A stretch of DNA of 62,141 bases, counting the filler, from Hausera hauseri (Eukaryota): assembly GCA_046269625.1 (NCBI GenBank). It is 12 parts of 12 records of this genome, joined end to end, with 100 filler letters (N's around TTAATTAATTAA, not from the genome) between each part and the next. Parts side by side here need not be neighbours in the genome. Positions count along the whole stretch, not along the records: positions 35,250 to 39,879 come from JBJURY010496797.1; positions 39,980 to 44,133 come from JBJURY010731212.1; positions 44,234 to 52,504 come from JBJURY010708769.1; 9 more parts are not named here. One strand, given 5' to 3'. Below the pieces are notes generated by a model. That model had not been told where the DNA came from and did not search any database. It saw only the letters and a program-made list of their open reading frames with translations. Shown one piece after another: positions 38,507 to 51,805 of the stretch. The position numbers were made by a program, and so were the translations under genes. Each line of letters starts with the position of its first letter. The stretch's first letter is position 1.

Positions 38507-39115
38507 TTATTCATGGAAAATACGATAATCAACACCATCCTTTGTTATAGCCCTAATACGAACAACACCACCACTGTGACCATCTCTACTTATTGCCAGG
38601 AAAACAGCCTTACGCACCATTTCTATACATTCTTCCTTATTCATATTTTCTCTGTATTCATTGTCCAAAAACCCATAAATGAAAGTACTACCCGATCCAC
38701 TGATTGCCACTGATTCTCGTTGCAACATTCCTCCAAGTGGAATTGAGTAAAGTTGACCACCTTTCACGTCATCATATCCACCTACAATTATCCCAGCAGA
38801 CAATCGATCTCTATATTCATAACAAAGATTTTTGAAAACAGTTGCAGCATGCAGAACAGTTGGTTCGGTATCAAATTGCATGGCATGCAAATTGAGGCGG
38901 TATTTTACTATGTCTGCCAATGCCTGAGTATCGGCTGCTGAACCTGATCGACAACAATAGATTGAATCTCGGAGTTTTGTCAATTTATCACTGACTCGAT
39001 TTGAAATATACGATCCTCCAGATGTTCTTGAATCGGCCCCAATTACTACACCACCATCGAATGCAATGGCAACTAATGTTGTTCCCATACTGATTGGTTC
39101 TGATGAGTTGTACAT
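38507..39115 (-). CDS. PSMB6: Proteasome subunit beta type-6 (beta1), 202 aa, intronless
   Basis: Propeptide ending MG|TTLVA (catalytic Thr1), GADSRTS, CRSGSAADTQ, SGSGSTFIYG, RDGHSGG; ATG at 39115. Confidence 0.93.
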   Translation of the reverse strand: MYNSSEPISMGTTLVAIAFDGGVVIGADSRTSGGSYISNRVSDKLTKLRDSIYCCRSGSAADTQALADIVKYRLNLHAMQFDTEPTVLHAATVFKNLCYEYRDRLSAGIIVGGYDDVKGGQLYSIPLGGMLQRESVAISGSGSTFIYGFLDNEYRENMNKEECIEMVRKAVFLAISRDGHSGGVVRIRAITKDGVDYRIFHE

Positions 39116-39979
39116 TTTGATTTTTGTTTTTAAATGATTTCGTTTAATATTGATTTGGAAACAATTTTTAATTTTCCACTTTTTCAATATTTTAATGCAT
39201 TTAAATATTTTGTGATTTATTAAATTAATTTATGTTTTAAATTTTTAATTTAATTTTATCTAAATTTAATTTAAAAAATTAATGAATTAAATTAAAAATG
39301 CATAAATTGAATTTAATTACATTTAATTAAAGGACGTGAAGTGATTATTCGAAAACTTACAAGCAACACTATTGGAATGTCCGTTTCAGAAGTCAATAAA
39401 ATTTGTCATGTACGCAGATATCAATTTTACAAGAATTCTACCAAAATTTTAGCTACAGTAATTTATTTATTTAAAAGATTTGTTTAAATTAAAAAAATTT
39501 TCTTCTATTCAATTTTGTTTGTGAATACTGAATGCAACTGGACGCTGAAATTATCAAATGTTGAACAGTAATACGCAATTTTATCATTCATAAATTTTGC
39601 ATTTATTGTGTGTGTGACATATTTGTCGTTGTGCATTGATGATTAGTTTGTTTGCATCATTATTACAGTATTGCATATGGATAATACATACAACCAAATT
39701 ATGATAACACCCCAACGCATTTAATCTGAACTTTCGTCGTGCAATTCCATTGTAGTACTTTTAGTATTATATTTGTGCTATTAAATTAGCCTTATATAAT
39801 AGTATCTGAGGGTTGAACTTTTGAGTTAGCTTTTTGCTCAAGTAGTTTAATACCAGCTTGATGCTGTTTTCTGTGTCTTNNNNNNNNNNNNNNNNNNNNN
39901 NNNNNNNNNNNNNNNNNNNNNNNTTAATTAATTAANNNNNNNNNNNNNNNNNNNNNNNNNNNNNNNNNNNNNNNNNNNN

Positions 39980-42880
39980 TTGACGAGCTCTGGTGTCCAA
40001 TATATAAGCTTTTTCTTCGGCCCTGCTCCTAGTTGAGCGAAAGGAGCAGTTAACTGACTGCAGTGTGGGACGTATTTATGGACAAAATGTAAAGTCCCAA
40101 GAAAACTGCGCATATCAGTAGTGGTTTTTGGTGTCTCTATGTTTCGTAGCTGATGGATTCTACCAGGCTCTGGACTGTGACCGTCAGGTGTGATGACGTG
40201 GCCAAGGAAATGTGCCTTTTTCTGAAAGAAGGAACATTTAGAAAAGTTCACTTGCAAATTGTGGTTGTGCAAGAGTTGGAAAACTAGTCTGAGATGTTCT
40301 TCGTGTTGTTTGGGTGATGCAGATGCGACTAGTATGTCATCAATGTTTGTATATAAAAATGGCAAGCCTGAAAGAACTGAGTCAATGTGCCGTTGGAAAG
40401 TTTGTGCTGCGTTCCTTAAACCAAACGGCATGAATGCGTATTCGAAAAGACTGTAAGGTGTTATAATGGCCGTTTTTGGTATATCTTCTGGTGCTACCGG
40501 TATTTGGTGGTAGGCTTTTTCGAGATCTATGGTTGAATAAATCGTAGTCTTGTATAACGAATGCAATATATCCTTAATCAACGGTAGAGGATAAGCATCC
40601 ATGGTAGTGATATTATTAAGTTGTCAATAGTCGCCGCATGGACGGAACGAGCCATCTTTCTTTGGGACGACGTGGAGTGGTGATGCCCATGGTGATTTAG
40701 AGCGTTTTATGATGCCGGCTTGCTCGAGTGCAGAGAATTCCGCTTGTACTGCCTGTCGACGGCGTGGTGAAAGTGGGCGGAGTTTCTGTTTAACGGGCCT
40801 AAAGTTTTCTGTGACGATGCGATGAATCGTCGTGTTAGCCGGTCGAAATTCTGGGTCTTTTTTATTGTGTGAAAACAAGACTTGACTAAGTATTGCTGCA
40901 TTTCTTGGCTAAGCATAGTAAAGGATGTTTTTGTCACGGCAATGGTTTGATTGGACTTAGCATGTGAAATGCTAGAGATTGAATCGTCTAAATCGTCCTT
41001 GTGAACGCTTTTTTGTTTCTCTGTTACTGAACTGTAACAAAATGTTTGATTATTTATATGGGTATTAATCGCGTCCTTATTTGCGTTAGTTGAAGGTTCT
41101 TTTAATATCGATTTTATAAGTGAAATAGGTTGCGTGACTTGTTGGTTATTTAAAGAGGTGGGTTTTGTTGGACTGCTCTTGATGATCTGACGTTGCCTAC
41201 AATCTACAAAGAGGTTGTAGAAAGATAGGAAATCAGATCCAAGTATTGGCGATTGTGTCGGCAACGATGAATGTCCAATTGAAAATGTCGGGGAATGATG
41301 GTTACGTGAATGAAACTTTGGATGTGCCAAAAATGTGTAAAGCTTGGCCGTTTGCCGTGTATAGTTTGATGTTAGACGGTGAGATGGATAGTGTTTTGAT
41401 GGATGGTGGTAATGAAGAAACAGTAGCTTCTGAGTCAATGCGAAAGTTGATTGGTTGATTTGAATTGGACGTTAAGGAGGCTTTTAATGTAAAAACAGCG
41501 TTTGTGCGGCTGTAGCAATTACGAGGGTAGCCTTTGCCAGCCTGCGCCGGAACATCTGGCGGCTTTATCAGTTTTTTGGATAGAAGGATTTGGTGACTCA
41601 GGAGAATTACGAATGGATTGGTTAAGTCGACTGGAAAACGTAAAACCGTCGACGCACTTCAGGGTTTTGTTGCCGAACCTATTATGGTAAATGCAAACGA
41701 TATCGGATTTTTGGAAGGCTTATGTATAGAATTTACACCCAAGGCAACATTTGCTGGATTGGTTTTTCAATTTATTGTGATAATAGCACATCATAGGTCG
41801 AGTAGGGGACCTAGCGAATCTAGAATTTTGTGATGAGGCACGGCTATGATTAGGTGTGAATCGATTTCGTCGCAGCATGGATAACTTGTCCAGTTTGGAA
41901 GTTAGAGCAGAAATGGCTTGGTGTATTGCAGTGTTTTCAGCTCGGCGAGTGTTTATTTGATTACTCAGCGCTAAGATTTCATCATTGTGTGGTGTTATAG
42001 GCGGTTGCAATGTGGCTTCGACGATAGGAGTATGATGTGTATTTAGTATATCGTAACTTTTATCAGCCAGTTGTGCTAACTTTTCTAACGTAGCGGTATC
42101 TTCAAATACTGTTAGTAAAGCGCGTATTTCCTTCGGTAGTGATTGAAGGAAATATCTGCGCAATAAATCGGCGTTATTGGTTTCATTTACTCCAAACTTG
42201 CTTAATTGAGTCAAGGATGTTTGTAAAAATTCAGATGGTTTTAATGTGCCTATTGTGTTTTCATTGAAATATTTCTGGATGATGTTACCAGATAAGGTTC
42301 GGTGAGTTTTAGTACGGCGTTGAAAAGTGTTTCGTATGGGTCTACTGTCTGAAAAATATCGGAAAGATTTGGTAGTAGTGACTTAAGGTTGGCTGGTAAA
42401 AGTATTAATAGGCTATTGGCTTTGAAGAAAGGATCACTGACCTTATTTGATTTTAACCACTGCGCATGGAATTCTAGCCATGTACGACTGGAGTGTTGTT
42501 TATTTGTAAAATAGTCGACACAAGTGAAATTGACCGAAGAGGATGCTGCAGGTGGGACTGAAGGAGACTACTTTAGCGTAACATGTATGGTGGGAATGTC
42601 AATAAAATCTTGTTGTTCCAGAGAAGATGCTTTTGAGTCAGATTTGCCTAGTAAACATTAATGTGCAGCTAGTATAGGCGTCAAAGATGAGCGTGTATAG
42701 TTGGTAATAATATCGGATTGCTGCACAAAGAATCCGTTAAAGCTGAGACGGAAATTAGTCTGTAATGCTTCTCGTTGTAGAGCCCCGAACAAATGTGCGA
42801 TGGTTGCTGTTTGGTGTATATAGTGTGTATGTGTGTTTATTTTTAAGTGAGAGTTAAAAAAGTGAAGTTTGCAAATATGT
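39980..42880 (-). mobile_element. Ty3/Gypsy (Mag-like) UBL-gag, protease and RT; degenerate; same family as 52640-57859
   Basis: SSRTWLEFHAQWLK, LLRRYFLQSLPKEIRALL, CYYHNK..C..GC, SPWASPLHVVPKKDGSFRPCGDY, MPFGLRNAAQTFQR, NIDDILVAS. Confidence 0.92.
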
Positions 42881-43284
42881 CGGGTGTGCAGATATGTTTA
42901 TTTTGTAATAGAAGAGAAATAAAGATGAAAGTGTGTGTCATTTTAGGGGTACAATGCGTCACCGGGGACAAGGTCGCACCAAAAGTCCCTATATCGTAAT
43001 GACTGATCTTTTTAACCAGAGGAATCGGAACGGCAGTCGAGCACGAGATCATTGGGTTTATTTGTTGTACATCACGTAACCGAATTGTTATTGACTGAAT
43101 AAAATAAGGTTGAGGTGGAATAAACCGTTTTTGAAATTTTGAAATTATCTTTATGGTTCCGATAGTCGATTTCGAAGTTTCGGGTTTGTTTATTCTAAAA
43201 TTCGATCGAAAATATTCAAAAACAGTTAGAAATTCAGCAATTTCAACATGGTGTAAATATTCACGGACATATATATATATTTAG

Positions 43285-43480
43285 CAAATGCTGAATATTT
43301 CGTCTGAAAATAGTTCCCTTAATGTATATATCTCCTTTTGATGGCAAACATTTTTCAGAAATAACATTTAATAGTGTTGATTTTCCACAACTATTCGGTC
43401 CAATAATAGCCGTAATGTTTAAATATTTAAAAATGGTCGATACATTACGTGGTACTGTTTTTCTCGGTGAATTGACTGTA
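43285..43480 (-). pseudogene. ABC transporter NBD fragment (Walker A)
   Basis: My translation: RNVSTIFKYLNITAIIGPNSCGKSTLLNVISEKCLPSKGDIYIKG. Confidence 0.8.
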
Positions 43481-44649
43481 AAATACTATTATACTGTCTC
43501 GACGACTCACCAATTTTATTGCCTGTCGATGAGTATTTTTCCAACGCCCTATAGGTATTTTCTGTCGCTTGCTCTTATTTTTTTAAGAAATTTGCGAATC
43601 ACATATTGTAGTTTGAAATCGGCGAAATTTCGAAGTAAAATCGGAATTATGTATATGCTGTGATGTGTTGATTAAATGGTATATTCAACCTTAACGTTAA
43701 ATGATATGGCTGAGTTTGTATTGACTCTGGTCACGATTAGCAAATACTTCACTAATGATTCATTGTTCTCAATAAACAGCGAGGTTTGGCCAATGTCAAA
43801 TATTGGGGAGGTACTTGAAATATGCATAAAATAATTTGCATTCTTGCCTAATCCGTATGTATAGGGATGGAGAATTTGCGATGTTAAAACGATGGATAAA
43901 TAGTACGGTAAGTTATTTGGGCTTATTCGAATTCGACAATGACCACTACGTATAATGAAATAGGATGTACGTGTATAACAAAATTCAAAAGTAGTGGCTG
44001 CCGAGAATGTATTAAAATTGTTAGAGTTTTTGATAAATTTGGGCACAACTTTTTATTTCCAATATATTTACTATATGCTACTGCAAAATATATAATAGTC
44101 TTACATAGTTCTCCTTTACTCAAAGCCACTTTTNNNNNNNNNNNNNNNNNNNNNNNNNNNNNNNNNNNNNNNNNNNNTTAATTAATTAANNNNNNNNNNN
44201 NNNNNNNNNNNNNNNNNNNNNNNNNNNNNNNNNTGTAAGAAATAAGTAAAATAGCTGTTGTAGTTTCGTAAAACAGTGCAGCTTGAGCTAGTTTAGTAAA
44301 TATGGTTTAGAACCAGTTTTTTAAAGAGAATAGTTTGTATCGGCCTTTAAAAAGGTACAGGCCGATGTTGGGTCCTCTGGAGTCAGTACTCCTTTACTTA
44401 TCATTCGTTTATGGAGGAAACATTCGAATTTCACATTTGTGACTTTTAGGTCAGACACAGTAATGATAAGAGAGAATGGAGTTGACTGTAAGGTTATGTC
44501 TAGTTCTTTGATGACTTTCTTTTATACTATTTGTGTGGTCACTATTCTTGTGACGACATGTATGATGCTGGTCTTATTAGGGTAGTTGTTGTTATTTCTT
44601 TTGGAAATCTTTCTATTATATCTGGTCCCTCTGATGCTTTTGACCATGT

Positions 44650-46440
44650 CCATTTGTAATTTGATTTCCATAGGTTCAATACCATATAGTATATTCTCTA
44701 TCGAAGGATATGGGGCAGCATAAATAAGGATTTTGATAATCTGGTTTACATTTTATCGTGTCAGTTTTATTAAATATCCGGTATTCTAAAATTCGATGTT
44801 TGAATTGAAATGTCAGGTTGCGCTGTTACACAAGGTCATTCTTTTTAACTTTTGTGTAGAACATAACAAGGAAATCTGGTTTATTGAAGTAATATATTGT
44901 ACCAGGAAACGAATAATATGATCTATGCCATTTTCCATTTGTCCTTTTCCCGACCGCATATTGAATTCTATACGATATGTCATATGAAAGTACACACAGA
45001 CATGAACAATGGTTGGCATATATATATCACAAAATTCTGGAGTGGCCACTTGTGATGTTCATACTTTCTATATATGTATGCAACATGATCTTGTCTCCAT
45101 GTTTGAAATTATGTGGCTTAGCTTTTTCGTCATATCAGTTTTTATATTCTTTCTGACAAATCTTTATGTTGTGCAGCTAAATCCCATACATATCCTAGAT
45201 TTTCTTTTAACAGCTCTCNNNNNNNNNNTCTCTATATTCCATAAATTTCAAATGTGAGATTTGTGTTTTAAAAACCAAATCAATTGACATGAGCGTCTCT
45301 GAGGTACATCAAATATAACGGAGCCTCTTGCATCAGGATGAACGGTATTTCTGATAACGTATAAACAAGGTTTGATATTCATCCTAATCATCTTGATGTT
45401 CATTGACCATCGTGGCTGGCATAGTGAGGATTCCATTGAATTTTTCTACTGTTCCGTAGATTTGCGGATGATACAGCGTTGTCTTTAAATGTAATATTCG
45501 GAATGCCTTTGAAATTTTCGCCATGACTTCTATAAAATTTAGAGCTTGGTCTGTTAGTAAATTGGATGGTGTTCCATAATTAAATGCAGTTTCTTCTACA
45601 AATGCGTGAGCAATAGTTTGGGCTTTCTAGACTGGTGTTGGGGTTACGACTGGTTGTCTGGAAAATAAGTCAACAAACACTAAGTTATACTTATTTCCTT
45701 TTAATGTCATAGTGTGCCTAGAATGTCCATTACTGAAAATTCCATTGGACATTCTAGTGATTTAAGAGGTACTTTGACTTTTGAGCCCACATTCTTCTTT
45801 ATGCACAAATGGGGCAACTTTTACACCATTCTTGCACCTATCTTGACATGTTGTACCAAAAATATTTTCTTTTCAGTATGCCCAATGTTCTTTTTACTCA
45901 TTGATGTCCTCCGAGCATACCATCATGGTATTTGGTCATTAGTAACTTTATGTCTTCTTGAGGGACAACTACAACTAATTTTCCCTTCTGGTTATTGTAC
46001 AGTACTTCATTCCTTGTTTCGCAGTTTTCAGCAAATTTCACCAGATGAGCATGAAGATTGGTATCATTTGGTACCGTTTTCTTTTGTACATATTATTTAA
46101 TTCCTTTTATTTGTCTATCATTTTGTTGTTTTCTAACAATGATTTTTCTTTTTCTGTAATACTCCAAACGCCTGGTTTATCCGCTGATTGTTGAAGGTCT
46201 GTATCTTCAGGAATTCTTGTTTTTCCAGTTTTGTATTCGAATTTCAAATTATAAGGCTGGAGGAGCATAGCCTATTTCATTAAACGGATGTTTGGATTTT
46301 TGTGCTTCTTCAACCACTGTAGTGGTTTCTGATCAGCGTATATGACAATTGGTTTTGTTTCTGACAAATACGGACCATATTGCTCCAGTGCATATACAAT
46401 TGCGAGTAATTCTCGTTCAATGGTAATAATTTCTTTCATA
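44650..46440 (-). pseudogene. Ty3/Gypsy pol remnant: RNase H and integrase; PR and RT absent
   Basis: TIERELLAIVYALEQYGPYL..YADQKPLQWL; GNKYNLVFVDLFSR; YGTPSNLLTDQALNF. Confidence 0.85.
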
Positions 46441-46519
46441 TTTTCTTAACTTAACCTACAAACTTTTACGTTTCTTCCTACGAGCAGTGATTAAACTCCA
46501 TATCTTTTTTGTATTCAGA

Positions 46520-49258
46520 GATGAATTTGAGTGATACTTGGTTTTTCTTATTTTCTGTATTGGATGCACATTTCCGTTATCATTAAAGTGGTCTTTATTA
46601 TATTTTTTTGTATCCATTCAGCGTCCTTCTTTATTAGGAAACAAGTGGCTAAGAACAGAATCAGAACGTGGATAATTTTCCATGTACATCCTACAGCCTG
46701 TTTTATGCCATAGCCTTTGGTTATCATAGTACGGATTGTTTTTACAAAGGCGAATATAACAGAATCCTAACCATCCGGAATTAAACTGGCCAAACAACAT
46801 GTACCATCCCCATGCGGTAGCGAATATGTCTAGCGATTCTTCTTGCGTATTCGGGTCCCATCAGGTTTTCCCAATTAGCTTTTCCATCGTGATCGGCTAG
46901 AACTCTTCCATTTCTGTTGACTTTCAGTCTTTGTTGAGGAAACATCATTCTTCTATGGTTTTCCATATCTTGTTCAGAATATACGCACATCTTTACTAAA
47001 TTCATGTCAGGCTTATACTGTTGTTCAGTCTTTAAATTGATTCAGCTAATTCTTCGAGGCGGGATAATCTGCTCCTCTTTAGGCATTCGAAATGCTGGCG
47101 ACTTCCTATACGTACAATTTTGGTATATGTATAGTTTTCCACAAGATCCAACAGTATTCGAATAATTGGTTGTAAAAATCGTGGCTTGGTATTATACCAA
47201 ACTGATAATTCCATGATGCATTCATTAATTGGTCTTATCTTGACAGTTACTCTAGTACACTCGAACGTTACAAGAGTTCCTTCCATTGTTCGTGAAAATT
47301 TTCCTTCTGCATCAGGTAATTCAGCTTGATCCTTTATTATCCCATCCGTTATTGTGGACATATATATCCTGTTTCTGATTATTTCTCTGTTCAGCTTGCA
47401 ATCATTTAATACTATTTCTCCATACATAACATAAATATTCTCTTGTTGAAAGTGATAAATGAAATGAATCTTGTCAAAATATAGATGCGGTTTCACTTCT
47501 GATTTATCAATTTTTCTTTTTACTTCTTTTATTTTGATTGCTGACAAAAATATTCCTTTATAATTTGTTCGATATACTACTTGTGCGCATCTGTTCGTAT
47601 CACATTCTATTTTGAATTTCATTCCTTCTCTGGGATTCGCTGAATATACAGTGTCGCTCAAATTAATTGCATAATGATAATTTTGGGATAAGTTGGTGGT
47701 ATCTGTATTAGTTTTACGTGGTTTTCATATTTTTAAACATTGAAAGCAAGGTAGTTGTGTAAAATAATTGAATAAGTTGTATAAATGAGAATCAAATAAT
47801 TTTATTTTATTCGGTTTCTGCGTACGTTCAAATTATTTGCATAATTTGTGGTTTTAATGTTTTCCACGCAATGGATACACTCATAGCTACACAATAGTTG
47901 ATTACTAAGAAGTTTCATGAATGACCCAAACAGTTATTGCGTAGGAGTTACATCAGATTCAAAGTAGTGTTTCGCGTATTATTTCACGCTACAAATTCCA
48001 TAGAATTGTTCGAGATCTGAGACCAGGAAAATGTGAATGAAAACGATTTCTCTCACCCTGAACAGACCGTCTGCAAGCACGTGCTTCTAAGAATAACCCC
48101 AAAGCTACTGCTGCAAATATACAAAAGGCAGTTGGTTGTCAAGCAAGTACAGTGAGCCTCCCCGCTATCAGACGCTCACTTCGTCGCTCAAATCGATTGG
48201 AATAAACAGATCTCAAATCACTAACTTAGGTTTCTCGAATTCGTGTTTGTCTCCAATGGTGCCTTGTGCATCGTTATGTCAGTAGAGGATTGGAAAAAAG
48301 TATGACGAATTTTTAGAATAATTTTTAAAGATTTTTAAAAGAATTATTTTTCTAAGCTTACAATTCACTATATGGAGGTTGTGTTCACTGATGAGAGTAC
48401 TGTAGATGTGAACCCTGCGCACTCTCAGTTTGTACGACGCGGTCAAATGAGTCATTAAGTCTCGTGCATACCTCGCAACATCGTCCATATGTTCCTAGAG
48501 TCATGTTCTGGGGTTGGACGCTCGATCGTATCTGATATTCGATCCTGTCTGCTTTTTGATATTTCCTCTATACATTCGTCTTTTTGTTTCATTGAATTTT
48601 CCATTTCTCAATAAGGCTAGTTGACATTGATCCTTGTCAACTTCATATGCCATTATCGATTTACCCGTATTACATTCTTCATTGTAGTAATCACACTCAG
48701 GGAATGTCACCATTTTTCCTGATGATAATTCAAAAAGAGCATCATACTCTCAGCTCAACTTGGTAGTCCTCAATGGTTACCATATCGAACATTTCAACAT
48801 TTATATTGTAAGATTCTCCTTTACAATAGCCTGTTTTATCAATTGTTCCGACTATGAAAATTCTCTTATTGGTAACTTCTTTTTTGAGCCTTTAACCGAA
48901 TGCTACCGATGTTAATTTGTTTTGTCACAAAAACTATGCACATCCATTTACTTATCGAAAGTGGCTGGAATGGGGTGGTTGGCTCTACTATGGCTGCGTT
49001 TCCGTACCAGTAACCGCAAATAAAGTGGAAGTGATTCTTTCGTACAAAAGATTCTTTCGCTTTAGTTTTTACAAATTCTGACTCTTGGTAAACAATATTC
49101 TTTTAGTTAATGATGTCGGATTAGCGTACGGGCATTTTTCTAAATCCAACAGAAAATATATCGGAACTTCTTTGACTTGACTAGTCATAAGCAATAATTG
49201 AAGATGATCTTGACATGAAATTAAATAACAGAAGTATGTGTAGAATTTTAATTACCAT
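46520..49258 (-). pseudogene. Complete-length degenerate chuvirus-like glycoprotein, interrupted by an insertion at ~47649-48500
   Basis: MVIKILHILLLF..IIAYD; CAQVVYRTNY; CIMELSVWY..FLQPIIRIL; VYSEQDM..MMFPQQR; WGWYMLFGQFNSGWLG; C-terminal hydrophobic segments. Confidence 0.85.
47649..48200 (+). mobile_element. Tc1 5' fragment (TIR plus HTH region) inserted at TA in the glycoprotein gene
   Basis: TA|CAGTGTCGCTCAAATTAATTGCAT; SSVSRIISRYK..KNNPKATAANI..IRRSLR; copy A is uninterrupted at the equivalent site (~14410). Confidence 0.75.
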
Positions 49259-49259
49259 A

Positions 49260-51720
49260 GGCAGATCAAGATCAGATTACTGATTATGCTGTCTTTCTTG
49301 CTAGGGGTGTAGGTTTTCTTTTTGCCTGAACAACAGGTGCATAATCTTGTACCGTTGTTTGAATGAAACTATTGATCCATCTCTGCACTTTACTTACCTT
49401 TCTACATTAGTTGTCAATGCTCTTGTGGCTATTCCTATACTTTTTCTATTTCCTTGGTTTGAGTTCGAACCATTCATCACCATTATTTTATACAGGAGAT
49501 ATGATGTAGCTGTTATAATTTTACTTCTAGACATGCCTGTTCCCATCATTCTAGATAGTACATCTCTCTTGTATCTCACTTATTTTCTCATCTATAGGAA
49601 TATCTGCAAATTGCTCACTGATTTTTATTTCATTTATGCTTATCTGCATCAGTGAGTCTGGTATTTGTAAGTTTGTATTAAACTCAACAAACGCATTGTG
49701 CATTCTAGTTAACAAAGTTTGCAGTAATGTTGGCAATGAAACATTACCTTCATCATTCTCATCTTGAGTTATTAATAATCTTCGAACAACTTCATCGTCT
49801 CTTGCTTTTCTGCCTTTTAGTTGCTAGAGTTTTGTTATGCCTTTGGGTCTACCTCGATTTTTTCTATCAATTTGAGTCTGTTCTGATATAGGAATATTTG
49901 TTTCAATTCCTGTCTGCTGAACTTCATAATTTGGTTAAGTTTCTTATATCTTTCTGCCTAAATTCAGTAAGGGTTTCATCATTTATTTTTTGCCTAATTT
50001 GTCTGAAGGCAATTGCAAACAGGATCATATCTGGTTTCCCGCATACGTACTTCGCATATGGTTTCGTAACATAAGTGTCCGTTTATAAAAACGTAGTTCT
50101 AGCTCTCCTCGAGACTGGATTACCTCGTTAATCTTGTTTTTCAATGTAATTATCGTATATGACGACTTCATCCTTATAGCACGAAGGTCCTGATTGTGCA
50201 GTTTGAGAGTAACTACTATTTGAGGCTTTTTCCGACCGGTCTAACTCTTTCTGCATACCGATAAATTATATATCGTACAGGGTTTTGATGTGGACTTATC
50301 AGCAGCATATATTAGGAATAAGTTTAATAAATTAACACTGTTGATAGCTAACCGCAGGCAACAATAACATCGAAATAACCTGTCTGAATTGTTTGTCATC
50401 AATTAATTCTTGGTTAGCATAGCTTGATATTTTCCGAACTATTTCTGTACTGTTTTGATCCAAATCCACAAATAAGGTTTCTCCCTATTGTGCTGCTATT
50501 TTGACTTTCTTGTTTCTTATTCACTTTATCTTTTCACTGTTTATTTTTCATGCTTCCTTTACTTCCAGAAGGCAAATAGGGAATTTTTAAATGTTCTCTT
50601 ATAAAAGGTTTATCTTTTCTTTTGGCCTTTTGCACTTCAGCATCTGATTCTGAGGATAGATCCTTTCAAGTCTGACTACGGGAACAATAATTGAATTATT
50701 GTTATTCATTTTGTGTCGTTTTTCACAAATTTCTTGTTGCTTTAATTCTAACTATAGCACCTTTAATTCACCTACTTTATCTTCATCATCTATCATATTC
50801 GTTTTATAATCCTTCAATTTAGCTCTAACCTTTTGCTGCAGCTTTTCTACAGTATCCTCTGGTTCGGTATCCGGTTTCCTGTTCATTATCTGTAACAGAT
50901 ATATTACCAATCATCTCAATATTTTTCTTTTTCATGTTTGGCTGCCCTTCGTTAGGACAAGAACGGGCCATGTGTCCATATTTCTGACAGGCAAAATATA
51001 ATTTTTGTCCATTCTGATTAACCATTGGTTTCCTCATTGCTAGTTTTTGAGGCTGACTTTGAAAAGTAACCATCTAAGGGTGTCCTGGCCGGTTCTGAAA
51101 TTTTTTCAATTTCTCATCATTTTAGGAGGCCTTTGAACATTTTCAAGCCTTCCATACTTAACTTCAATCTTTCTGACTTTACTGACAGCTTCTTTATAAG
51201 TGTCAGGGTCAACAACACTAATATAATTCTGAATTTCTTTTGTTATTCCGTACAAGAACTGGTCTTAGAGAGCATCTTCTCTTATGTCTTCATCTGTATC
51301 GGCTGTAAGCCCATTTCTGAAGGACACATGCATATTCTTGCACGGTATCGCCTTTTCGCTGACGTCTGTTGAATTTCCCAATTCAACCTTTTCCTGACGG
51401 ATCTACTATGAGTTTTTCCTCCATGAGCTCTAAGGCTATCCCAATCAGCTTTATTCTGATCCTCTACTTTTGCGTAAGAACTGAGTGCTATCTTTGAGAT
51501 GAAGTGGAAGGCGTTTTATCCTGAGCTCGTCTGTCCATCCAAAGCTTTCTGAGTACATGTGGTACTGCATCAGGAATTTGCTGTAGTCCTGGTCTGGTTT
51601 GCCTTTCAATTTGTTCATCGACAAAACAATTGTGCATTCCTACCTAAGCTAGCACTTAATCCTAAACTAGACATCTGGGGTTTTTCTTATTCAGACCCGG
51701 ATGGTCTTCTAGCCGAGTCC
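49260..51720 (-). pseudogene. Copy B of gag-linker-UBL-AT-hook-helical region
   Basis: Collinear with 15200-17700; FACQKYGHMARSC; RKNRGRPKG. Confidence 0.8.
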
Positions 51721-51788
51721 GAATTTTCTGTTATATTATTAGCGTGTATATTACGTTTGTTTTACAAATTTGCAACGCCAGCGTGTCT

Positions 51789-51805
51789 CCTCACTCGGGG
51801 CAACA
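51789..51805 (-). promoter_or_regulatory. Primer-binding site (copy B)
   Basis: TGTTGCCCCGAGTGAGG at the position equivalent to 17806-17822. Confidence 0.6.

Noticed and set aside
38507-39187. 226-aa PSMB6 start, or PSMB6 as captured cargo
   Set aside because: The 39187 start is a non-ATG codon in AT-rich UTR; the gene is essentially full-length, intact and outside the LTR cap at 38116
47032-47661. 209-aa ORF as a standalone gene
   Set aside because: Internal part of the glycoprotein; its apparent start lies in the Tc1 TIR
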